A stretch of DNA of 64,000 nucleotides, taken from positions 1,054,001 through 1,118,000 of the forward strand of contig LSRY02000019.1 of NCBI GenBank assembly GCA_001643675.2, in the 5' to 3' direction. Below the pieces are notes generated by a model, which made no database searches, had not been told where the DNA came from, and saw nothing but the letters and a program-made list of their open reading frames with translations. Position numbers and translations under genes: made by a program. Of the stretch, positions 48,269-58,280 are shown piece after piece (positions within the stretch are counted from its first letter, which is position 1; every line of letters starts with the position of its first letter). The stretch comes from Monocercomonoides exilis PA203 (lineage: Eukaryota > Protista > Preaxostyla).

Positions 48269-50392
48269 ATGATTGATGCAAAGCATTGCTCAGGACCACA
48301 AAGCATTTTAGTTGAAATTTCCGATCCTGGAAAATGCAAAACGCCACGTAACTCTTCTTTTACAAAATGCAATTTTACAAAACAGTCACACGACCAACCT
48401 AATAGCATTTCTCCTTTGGAAGGATCTTGTGGAGATGAAGCATTATCTTCAAGTTGTTCTTCGCGTTCATCAAATCCTTTCAGATCTGTTCAATCGTTAT
48501 CCACGCTTTCACAACGATCTGCAAAATCCAAAAGCACTGCTAAAAATATTGCAACGCTGCAAGAAGATGCTTTTGATAATCCAATTCCCGAGCCTCAGTT
48601 TGATACAGACTTTGCCAGTGAAGCATTCATTGAAGCATTTTCTTTATATTACTCTCGATCGATTGTTTATACAAATACACAGCAGTATGAAATACTTTCT
48701 CAACGAAAAGACAACGTTTGCTGTTTTGGAACGACAAATGGAACGCTTCGAGCGCTTGGAACTGGGTGCTTTTACGAAGAAATTTCAACAGAATTAAAAC
48801 TCAACGAGCCCATCTCTTTTATGAAATGGGAGCCAAAAACCCAAGAGGAAATTAGGATGGTTGAATATTTAAATTCCACAACAGATTACATACTTCGGAG
48901 AATGATACGTAAATTAGGAGTTAGAGAGACTGAAATTTTACAGGGAATAGCACTGGTTGAACGTGCTATCATTTTCAGCAAACCTGATGCATTGTTCCGT
49001 CTTACAAAGTCAAATGCCTCAATGGCTCTTGTTGTTGGCGTAATGATTGCCAATAAAGTTAACTGTGACAAGCCTTTCAAAAACTCAGCATGGGCATCAC
49101 TATTTGAAATTCCTGGTGCGAACGTCTTTTCGTCAGAGCTGTTTTTCCTGTCAAGTGTGTCCTTTTGTGTTGTTATCGACGAGGAATCGTACAGGGCTAT
49201 GAACATCCTCCGGATGAAGATGATGAGAGAGTATGTGCCCGATGGCTGCTTTGCACCGCTCAACTCTCCCACGCCTCCGCCAGCTTGCCGCTCTACCACA
49301 CCCACCAACAGCTCACTACCGTCACAAGGATCATCAGCTACGCCTTCTCCCTCTCCGCCGCTGAAGCACTGTGTCGGCACATCGAGCCGTACCTCTTCCA
49401 AGAGCATGATATGCCTTCCTCCATCGAGCATCTTCGCGAGGAAACCTTCTGCCTCAGCCGGGCACATGCCGCAGCGCAGCCGCTCGCTTGTGAGCCTCGC
49501 CGGCGTGGAGAAGGAGAGCAGAAGGAGAGGACACAGCGGAAGTGCAGAGCATCGCTCCAGTGCAGAGCATCGCTCCAGTGCAGAGCATCGCTCCAGTGCA
49601 GAGCATCGCTCCAGTGCAGAGCCGAGGGCAGAGCGAGTGCCGTGTGCACATCCAGTCTCATCTGCAGCTGTTCCTAGTGGGTATATTTCTTGCCCATCTG
49701 CCAGCCCATCTTCAGTCTCTGCCACAGCGTCTGCATCCGCATCGGCGCCTGTGGGAAAGAGAAACTCCTCTTCTGTTACTGCACTCCCGCCATTTGTGGC
49801 GTCGCAGTTAAAGGCTCCTACACCGTTGACTGGTCCGTATCCGTCTGCTGTTTCACACTATTTGCCAGCTTCTTCACCTTCACCTTCTCCTCCCCCGCCT
49901 CCTCCACCGCCACCTCCCCCACCTCCACCTCCACCAATGTCTCAGCTTTCTTATCGTTCTCGTGTGCCTTCTACAAGTCAGATTGAGGCATTGGCGCAAT
50001 CATCAACTTCTCCATCATCATCATCTTCTTCTAATGTTTCGCTTTCTCAGTCACCCTCTTATTCTCACTCGAGTGCTTCTCCTTTGTCCTCGCCTTCGCC
50101 TCAGAATTCTTCGTCTCTTTATTCGCACAATGCTGCTTCCTCGTCTCGGAATAGCGTGAAGATGAGCCAATCGTCATCTTCCGAAAGCGCAGGGAAGTCT
50201 GCGTTAAAGAAGAAGCAGCAGCAGCAGCAGAAAGCACAGTCAGAAAATGTGTTTGCAGCGTCCTTTGCCTCACCCGCTGCATCTCCTGTGGCTGCAGGTG
50301 ACTTGGCTGGCTCGTCCAATCTTAACCCGTCGGCTCCTGCATTTGTCCCGTCTTCTCTCGCTAATGTGCCTCAGATATCGCACACATCTTAA
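48269..50392 (+). CDS. Pho80/cyclin-P(U)-like cyclin with a Ser/Pro-rich tail and a C-terminal PAM2 motif
   Basis: Cyclin box: EILQGIALVER...MALVVGVMIANKVNCDKPFKNSAWA...SSELFFLSSVSF. The tail contains SNLNPSAPAFVP. Confidence 0.8.
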   Translation: MIDAKHCSGPQSILVEISDPGKCKTPRNSSFTKCNFTKQSHDQPNSISPLEGSCGDEALSSSCSSRSSNPFRSVQSLSTLSQRSAKSKSTAKNIATLQEDAFDNPIPEPQFDTDFASEAFIEAFSLYYSRSIVYTNTQQYEILSQRKDNVCCFGTTNGTLRALGTGCFYEEISTELKLNEPISFMKWEPKTQEEIRMVEYLNSTTDYILRRMIRKLGVRETEILQGIALVERAIIFSKPDALFRLTKSNASMALVVGVMIANKVNCDKPFKNSAWASLFEIPGANVFSSELFFLSSVSFCVVIDEESYRAMNILRMKMMREYVPDGCFAPLNSPTPPPACRSTTPTNSSLPSQGSSATPSPSPPLKHCVGTSSRTSSKSMICLPPSSIFARKPSASAGHMPQRSRSLVSLAGVEKESRRRGHSGSAEHRSSAEHRSSAEHRSSAEHRSSAEPRAERVPCAHPVSSAAVPSGYISCPSASPSSVSATASASASAPVGKRNSSSVTALPPFVASQLKAPTPLTGPYPSAVSHYLPASSPSPSPPPPPPPPPPPPPPPPMSQLSYRSRVPSTSQIEALAQSSTSPSSSSSSNVSLSQSPSYSHSSASPLSSPSPQNSSSLYSHNAASSSRNSVKMSQSSSSESAGKSALKKKQQQQQKAQSENVFAASFASPAASPVAAGDLAGSSNLNPSAPAFVPSSLANVPQISHTS
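49541..49622 (+). repeat. Coding 18-bp tandem repeat, about 4.5 copies (SAEHRS)
   Basis: AGTGCAGAGCATCGCTCC repeated four times perfectly, plus a partial copy. Confidence 0.95.
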
Positions 50393-52046
50393 CTCGTCCA
50401 ATTGGATTATGCTTGGTTTCCTTGTCTTTCCTCATGGAAATAAAAAAAAGTATTAAAGATATTTCTTTCTTTCTTTCTTTTCAGAATTTTTCATAAAAAT
50501 TCGATCGCGCTTGAAATTCGCATTTTCTCTTTCTCCTTCCTTCTTTCCTTCTTTCCCTCCCTTCCCCCCTCCTTCTCCTTTTTCGTTGTTCTTCACTTTC
50601 ATAAGCGAAGGCTTAATTCTCAAGCTTTGTCCCCAGGCTTATCTGTTCTCGCTATCACTATCAATAATCGCCCGGACAACACATTTCCAGCCACATTTAT
50701 TTAATTGCTTAAAAAACATCGACTCGTTAACATGTAACTCAACTAACTGTGTTATTTCGTTAATGAACGGGAAAAAAAGATGTTTCCTTCTTGAAGAGTC
50801 CTTTTAATTTTGATGTTATTTTTGATTTTGTTCTTTGCTTTTGTGTTTTTATTTTCAAAGCTTAAGCAATATTTCTTTTCTTGTCGACTTCTCGAATTAG
50901 CTTCCTCTTGTTGTGCAACAAAAAAAAAAGAATAAAGCACTACACATTATTTTTCAAACCTGAAAGATTAATTTTTCCGTAATGGAGTGGAATGAGCAGT
51001 TGTGTGTGTGTGTGTGCCTTTGTTTGCTCATTCCACTTTCTGTCAGTTCTCCTTTTCAGTTCTGCTTTATGTCTGCTTGCTAATTCTTCTGAACAATTTT
51101 TTTTTTTGAATGTCTTTTGGTTTTGTAATATTTTTTTTGAAAAAAAGCGTTTTTAGCTTTTTTGAGAAGTTAAAGTTATTTGCCGAAAAAAAGAAGAAAA
51201 TAACCTCAATGTTTTATAAATCCAAGTTGGATTTAATGTGACCTTGCTGTTTCCTTTTCCTTTCCTTTCCTTTCCTTTACTTCACTTTCCTTTCCTTTTT
51301 GTTTGTTTGATTTAATTGTCCGAAAAATACCCTCTTTTCTTGCATTATGATGAGTATATAGAAGATTTGTGTAATTCACTGATTTTTTAATGTGCCTTTA
51401 AAGTGCAGTTTTTTTTTCCGAATCCTCTTCTTCTTCTACTTCCTCTTCTCTTTCTTCCTCCTTCCTCCTCCTCTTCTTATCGTGTCTAATCTAATTTTTT
51501 CTTCGATTTGTGTTTGCATTTGTGTGTGTGTTTCTTCGTTTCGTAGCACCTTTTTTATCGCTGGATGGTATTTTATTTTAAAAAGTTCTTCTTCTTCTTT
51601 TATTTTATTTGTTTTTTTCGTAATTTTTTATTTGAAGAATTTTTCTTTCCTTTTTCTTTTTTGAGTTAAATCGTTCATTCACTAACAATTAAAATTTTTT
51701 AAACATTTTTATTTTCTCTGCGTTTTGTAGAATCATTCCTTTCTTTGAACTTTGAAGATAATTTCATTTTGTTTTGTTTATTTTGTTTTTTTGGTTCCTT
51801 TTTCCTTTCATTTATCTTCACTATCCATAATTAAACTACTTACTAATTCTGATTCTGATTCTAATTCTAATTCTTATACTAATTCTTTTTCTTCTTCTTT
51901 TTCTTATTCTTATTCTATTTCAATATCTTATTCTTACCCACAAAACTTCTGGGATGATTAATTGTTGAATAAAGTGATGTTGTAAAGTTGTTTAGAAATC
52001 TTGTTGTTTTGGTTGTATTTTTTAACTCACCTTTTTTTGCTTCTTT

Positions 52047-52082
<36 letters not shown>

Positions 52083-52610
52083 TCCTTCCTTCTTTCTTCT
52101 TTTTTTAAAGCTTTTTTGTGATTTCATTTGCATGTGAATACAATTCTGTTCCATTCTTCTTAATAACCTATTTCTTCTTTATCTTTCATCGTTTTCAATG
52201 AACCTCTTTCTCTTTCTTACTTAAAAAGAATCATCTATCTTCCTCTGTTCATTAAATCGGTTTGTTATTTGAAATTCTTTTGTCTGTGACTGATATGTAT
52301 GCACTTATTTTGATATGAAATGGCAAAATTTTCAATTGATTTATGAGCTTATTCGTCTTTTTGTCTTTAAACTTATTCATCTTTAAGTCTTTTATTCTAT
52401 TCTTCTTTTTGTCTGTTTGTCTATTGTTGATACTACTTTCTGTTTTCTGCCTCACTTATAAACATTCTATGAACTTTGCCATGAAATCATATCGGAATAT
52501 TGAAGTGCGTATATTGCTGACTTTTCTTTCTCTTTTATTCTTTCTGTTCTTTCTGTTCTTAAAATTATTTGCATTTGGTAATGTGGATACAATTTATCAC
52601 ATTACAAATT

Positions 52611-52613
<3 letters not shown>

Positions 52614-52690
<77 letters not shown>
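52614..52690. repeat. (CT)n microsatellite
   Basis: Directly visible, with a short interruption. Confidence 0.95.
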
Positions 52691-52698
<8 letters not shown>

Positions 52699-53230
52699 TT
52701 TTGAAATATTAATTTTTGATTTAGTTTTGCATTTGTTTATGTTTATGCTTTCATTTTCTTTTTAATCAATTCCTTTCTTTTAACCTGTTCCACACTTGTT
52801 TTGTGACTTTTTTAATACCTTGTCTATTTCTGCTTTGTTGGTTCTTTGGCTTTGCTCTTATCACTGCCTTTTTGAAATAGTTCCTCTTTATCAATGTTTT
52901 TTTCTTCCTTTTTTTTTTAAATTTTTATTTTTCTTTCTGTTTTTTTTCCTTTTCCTGTAACAAATATTAAGCTCAAATGCAATCAAAAAGCCAAAAATAG
53001 TTTTTTTGACTTTGTTAAGCGTTATAATCCTTTCTGTTTAAATATTTGGACATTCAGAGAAGATTCATCGATTGTTGAATCTTTGTTTGAATGCCTCATT
53101 GTCAATTTTATTGCTTTCGCGTGACGAACTATGATTTTTTTAACTTTAACTTTTTCTTTTCCTTCCTTTCTTTCTTTAATTTAATTTTTTTTTTATGAAT
53201 TCTTTGTTTTAGTTGTTGATGATGATGATA

Positions 53231-53232
<2 letters not shown>

Positions 53233-53263
<31 letters not shown>
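53233..53263. repeat. (TG)n microsatellite
   Basis: Directly visible. Confidence 0.95.
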
Positions 53264-53266
<3 letters not shown>

Positions 53267-54473
53267 TTGTATTTTGTGTTGTTCTATTCCTTCTTGTTGG
53301 CTGTTGATTAAGATTTTCTCATCTGCACTTTACCACAATAAATCTATTGTGTGTTTTTTTCCAAATCTTATAATGCAATTTTCTGTCGAATATTTGCCTC
53401 AATCTAATCCGTTCTCTTCTCAAAAAAATAAATAAAAACTGCAAAATTTGTTTTTGAATAGTTCTACGATGTTGTTTCAAAACATGCCATCGGGTTGATT
53501 AATCTTTGGCAAATTTAGCACACACCAATCATAATTGCAGAAAAGTGGGAATTTTTTTTTCTTCTTGTTTTTTCTTATTAAAGATTATTGACTCTATCTT
53601 GAACGTTTTTTTAAACCCTGATGAAATATTGTTGCCTTTCAATTTTTTTTTCCCCTTAAACTTCAATTCATCTTTTCTTAAAAATCTTTATTTCAAACTC
53701 TTAGAAGCTTTGCTTTTTGCTTTTTAATATACCTTTTTTTTTTAACATCCAGCTTTCAGCTTATCTTTGAATCTGATTTTTTTTTGAATGTTCATATTAT
53801 TTTAATTTTTTTTTAAATTCATTTCTTCAGGTAAGAATGAAGCTTTTATGTGAAGTATTTAATTCTGTCCAAAGAACATTCGCTCTCCTTCGCTGATTTT
53901 TTGAATAAATAAAGGAATAAAGTTAATTCTTTGTTCTAAAATTTCAAATCTTGGACCACTAACACTTAATTCGAGAAAGAAAAACCATTGAAACGAGAGT
54001 GAAATCAATTAATTTTGAACGAGCTTATTTTTTAAACTCGTTGTCGATTTCTTTTAGCACAAACCAATCATATTTGTGTTTTTTTTTATGAAGAATCACA
54101 TTTATAATAATTTTTGTGAATTGCTAGAACTGGTGACTTCGTAATTGTCTCAAAACAAAAACCAAAAATTGCTGTAAAATGAAAAGCATTGAAAATTATT
54201 TGCGATTTAAGAAGACCTATTTTGAAACGATTTATGAAATGATCAAAACTGTTTGAATCTGAATTAATTGTTACCTTATTTCAATAATAGGTTAATAAAA
54301 TTGAGATAATGACGTTTGAACTTTGATTTTCTCATTTAAAGTTTATGATTTTTCTGTTAAAAATATCTTGAGTTGAACTTGAACTTTTCATAAAACTTTT
54401 CAACAAGCAAATGTTATTCGCCCAACATAAATAAATTTGTTGCCAACGGATCTTAAACCATACAAGATTAAAA

Positions 54474-55729
54474 ATGTCTGAAGAAAAACAATTAGCATTT
54501 GAAACAAGAGCACTTCATTGCGATGGCCATGGAAAACCTATGCATGCTCATGTATGGCCAATTTTCCAAACATCTTCGTTTGTTTTCGATTCACCTGAAC
54601 ATGGACGAGCTCTTTTTGCCGGAGAGCAACAAGGACATATTTATTCACGTCTGGGAAATCCAACAGTTGAAGCACTTGAAAACACCGTGAAAGAATTAGA
54701 AGGAGGACATGCGTCCTTTGCTTTTGGAAGCGGAATGGGAGCTATTACTTGCTCGACAATGCCATTTCTTCACGCTGGAGAACACATCATTGTTGGAGAC
54801 ACTTTATATGGTAAGTCTATTTTTTTCTTTTATTGTATTTGATAATATGTCTTTCAATGTTGATAGGATGCACCGTTGATCTTTTCCATGAACATTTTCA
54901 TCAATATGCATTGGAAGTTACAGCTGTAGATACAAGCTCTATGGATGCAATTAAAAGTGCTTGGAAGCCAAACACAAAGATGATTTATCTTGAAACACCA
55001 GCAAATCCAACAAACAAAATTTCAGATATTGGTGAAATTGCAAAGTTTGCACACGAAAGAAATGCTCTTGTTGTTGTGGATGGAACATTTTCCTCTCCAT
55101 ACTTTTTGAAACCTCTTAAACTTGGAGCTGATATGGCACTTCACTCTGTTACAAAATACATTTCGGGACATGGTGATGTTGTTGCAGGAGTTTTGACTGT
55201 GACGACTGAGGATCAAGCGAAAATATGCCGTGGATGGCGTAAAGTTACAGGTGGTCTTCTTGGACCTCAAGACGCTTTTCTTGTTCTTCGTGGTATTCGC
55301 ACTCTCCAAATTAGAATGGAAAGAATTCAGCAAACAGCATTAACACTAGCAAAATGGTTGCATGATCATCCAGCAATTGAAAAAGTTAATCATCCTGGAC
55401 TGGAAGATTTCCCAGGACACGATATTGCTATGAAGCAAATGAGCGGTGTTGGAGGAACATTTTCATTCACTATGAGAGGTGGATATGAAGCAGCAAAGCG
55501 TTTGCTGGAGGAAGTTAAGATTTGCACTGTTTGTGTTTCACTTGGATCTGTTGATACATTGATTGAACACCCAGCAAGCATGACACATGCATGCGTCCCT
55601 GAAGAGTTAATGATTAAGCAAGGATTAACGAAAAATATGGTTCGAATCTCAGTTGGTCTTGAGAATGTTGAAGATTTGAAGGCAGATCTCGCACAAGCGT
55701 TAGAGAAATGTGAGAAGCCAAAAGCATAA
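54474..55729 (+). CDS. mgl: Methionine gamma-lyase (PLP-dependent, Cys/Met metabolism family); intron 54810-54866
   Basis: PIFQTSSF, YSRLGNPT, SGMGAI, spliced TLYG|CT (the MGL-type Cys), YLETPANPT, the PLP-lysine motif HSVTKYISGHGD, and RISVGLE. Confidence 0.92.
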
Positions 55730-56271
55730 ATGATGTGTTAAAGAGAATTAGTGAAAGGGCAATGCACTTTTCGTGATGGAATTTCAATTCAAGATGCAAC
55801 AAATTGTAATTTTTGTTAGTGAAATTTTCTATTCTTATGTTTGATATATGCTTATTTTTTAAAAGCATATTATTTCTTATTCTTTCTTTTTCAAAACGTT
55901 CGTTAGTTTGTTTATTAGTTCGCTCGCTTAAACAAAATTTGGCTGTGGAATGTTTTCCATTGCCATTTTATGCAGTTCATACACCTGTTTTTTTGATGTT
56001 TCTCAACTCGTGCCTTCCAAAACCATTCCAAAATTTTGCCTTTTTATTTTCTGTACGAAAGCTTTTTTAAAGAGTTTGAGTCTTTGATTCGCTTTTTATT
56101 TCATTTTTTTGCAAGAGAAAAATATGTTATTGATCATTTGCTTATTCTGATCTTTTTTTGAAATGATTTAAACAAAAATAAGAAAAAAAAAAGATTATGT
56201 GAATTGAATTGTCTAATCGACTGATGTTAAATGTTTTATAATTATAAACAACGAACGTCGATTCTTATTAT

Positions 56272-57359
56272 TCATTTTTTAACCACGATTTTCATGATTT
56301 GTTCCATTGCTTCCATTTCCTTTGCTCTTGAAAGATAGTGCATCGCAGCCCTTTCTTGCATTGCTTCGATTCTTGACGCTTGGCTTTTCTTCATCTTTCT
56401 TTGTAAACGCAGCTGTTGAAGATGAAACAAACAAACAAAAAAAAGTTTATAAAAAGTCAATTTTTATAACAAATCAAACTTCCTCTTCATCGTTGAAGGT
56501 GATTTCTTCACCTGGAAGAAGGCCTTTCATTTCAAGTTCCGATCGCTTTAATTCACCTTCTTTCATCTCTTTCATTTCCCATTTTTCTAAGTCATAATAT
56601 TTGTCGTGCGGAAGTGTCGATGTGTTGTAATCTTCAACATAAGTCCGAAATTCCTCTTTTTGTTCCCAAGGAGGAAGCACTGACAAATCCTTTTTTCTAA
56701 CCTCCCACAGCCATACCCTAAATTCCTCTTTTTTATCGTAAAAATTGCTATCGTGAATGATTCTAAAAAAAAATATTCAATTCAGAATAAAATTATAATC
56801 TAGAAATTGAATGAAAAAAAACAAACCCGTGAGCTCCAAATTTGTATTCACTTGGCTTTGCTATTCCCAAACTATGCTCTGCATATGACTTTCCCTTTTT
56901 ATGTTTTTCTGATTTGTGTGACTTTTTGTGAGTCTTATGATGCGATTTTTTTGCTTTTCTGCTCTCTGAAGACGAAGTAGAACTTGAAGCATGACGATGA
57001 CGACTTCTCGATCGAGAAGAAGACGAGGATTTATGTGTATGAGTTTTTGTTTTGTGATGTGAAGTTTTATGTTCTTTTCTTGAATGATGTGATTTATGCT
57101 TTTTTGAAGAAATTTTCGAATGCTCGGAATATGAAGAATTCGACGAATCATCAATTGAATCATGTGATGATGAAGGAGATGAATCACTTGATGAATAACG
57201 TTTTTTTGAGTGTTCACGAGAAGATGAACGAGAACGATATCGCTTTCTTGGCTTGCTTGATGGTGATGAACTCCTTTCCTTTCTATTCTCCAAAGATTTT
57301 TCAGAAAATTCTTTAGAAGTCTCTTTTTCTGATGATGAAAAATTTGAATTAATAATCAT
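56272..57359 (-). CDS. Uncharacterised protein with a Ser/His/Lys-rich N-terminus and a conserved-looking C-terminal domain; three exons
   Basis: Spliced FGAHG|IIHDSNFYDKKEEFRVWLWEV...EQKEEFRTYVEDYNTSTLPHDKYYDLEKWE...DEEE|LRLQRK, with GT-AG introns. Confidence 0.75.
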
Positions 57360-57691
57360 TTTATTAACCGAGATTTGATATAATTATCATAAAAGTTCAA
57401 TTAATATAGTCATTCGCGTTCAACAGTTTTTAAAATTTTTAATATGAATAAAACATTTATCAGTTAGAATTAAAATGCATTCAAACCTAATTTATCGGAT
57501 GAGTTCGCGGAAAAATTTGTCTTTAGACTCATAAAATTAAAGAATTATTATTATTATGGTAAAACAAAAAAAATTGAATGAAGTGAAATGAAAGTAACAA
57601 ATATCGTATTTAGCATAACCATCATGCGAAATGCAATAATAGTTGAGAAATAATGCTTGCAAGCCAATAATAATGAAACAAAATACAGAAT

Positions 57692-58090
57692 TCAAAGATG
57701 CTTCTTTCTCTGTCTTTTTCTTGAGCCATAAAAAGTAACTCTAAAAAAATACAATCAATAAGATATTTGCAATGTTATTAATTGAAAATTACAATACGAT
57801 ATAACATTTTGCATACGCTATTGAAATAATAATCATTCCAAGAGTCTCGGCAAAACAAGCCGCAGACATCAAATTTGATTTTAAAACTTCTTCTTTTACC
57901 TTTCCGCTAATTACAACTGCCATAATAACTAGAAAAATTCCCAACAGCATGAACACAATTCCTGTGAAAATAGAACAGACGGGATGCTTGCTGTTCTAAA
58001 ATTAGCAAATTATTGATGAAAAAGCATACAATGAAATCAATTCAACATCAAATATGTTTGAGAAATTTCGATGCAAACCTTTTGATCCAT
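57692..58090 (-). CDS. Predicted 79-aa two-TM microprotein (three exons), RNASEK / V-ATPase subunit f-like
   Basis: Exons 58090-58079, 57995-57817 and 57740-57692 with GT-AG introns give MDQKNSKHPVCSIFTGIVFMLLGIFLVIMAVVISGKVKEEVLKSNLMSAACFAETLGMIIISIAVTFYGSRKRQRKKHL. The first exon is the least certain part. Confidence 0.55.
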
Positions 58091-58280
58091 GCTCGAAAAC
58101 ATTTTTGCCTTCTTTTCTTTATGATGATAATAATTTTTATGGTTTTTGATTGATGAAGAAGATAATAGATAAAGAGGTTATGTGCGTCCAGTTTATGTTC
58201 GCAGCGCACTCCAACACTTCTTTGAATGTGGAATAAAACCTTAATTAATTTGCGTTGATCATTCTCACAAGTTTTTGTGA

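Noticed and set aside
49541-49622. Regular repeat that could be mistaken for a CRISPR array
   Set aside because: No spacers; it is an in-frame 18-bp coding minisatellite in a eukaryotic gene.
48886-49725. 279-aa minus-strand ORF with ALERCS repeats
   Set aside because: Antisense to the GC-rich part of the cyclin CDS; the repeat is just the reverse complement of SAEHRS.
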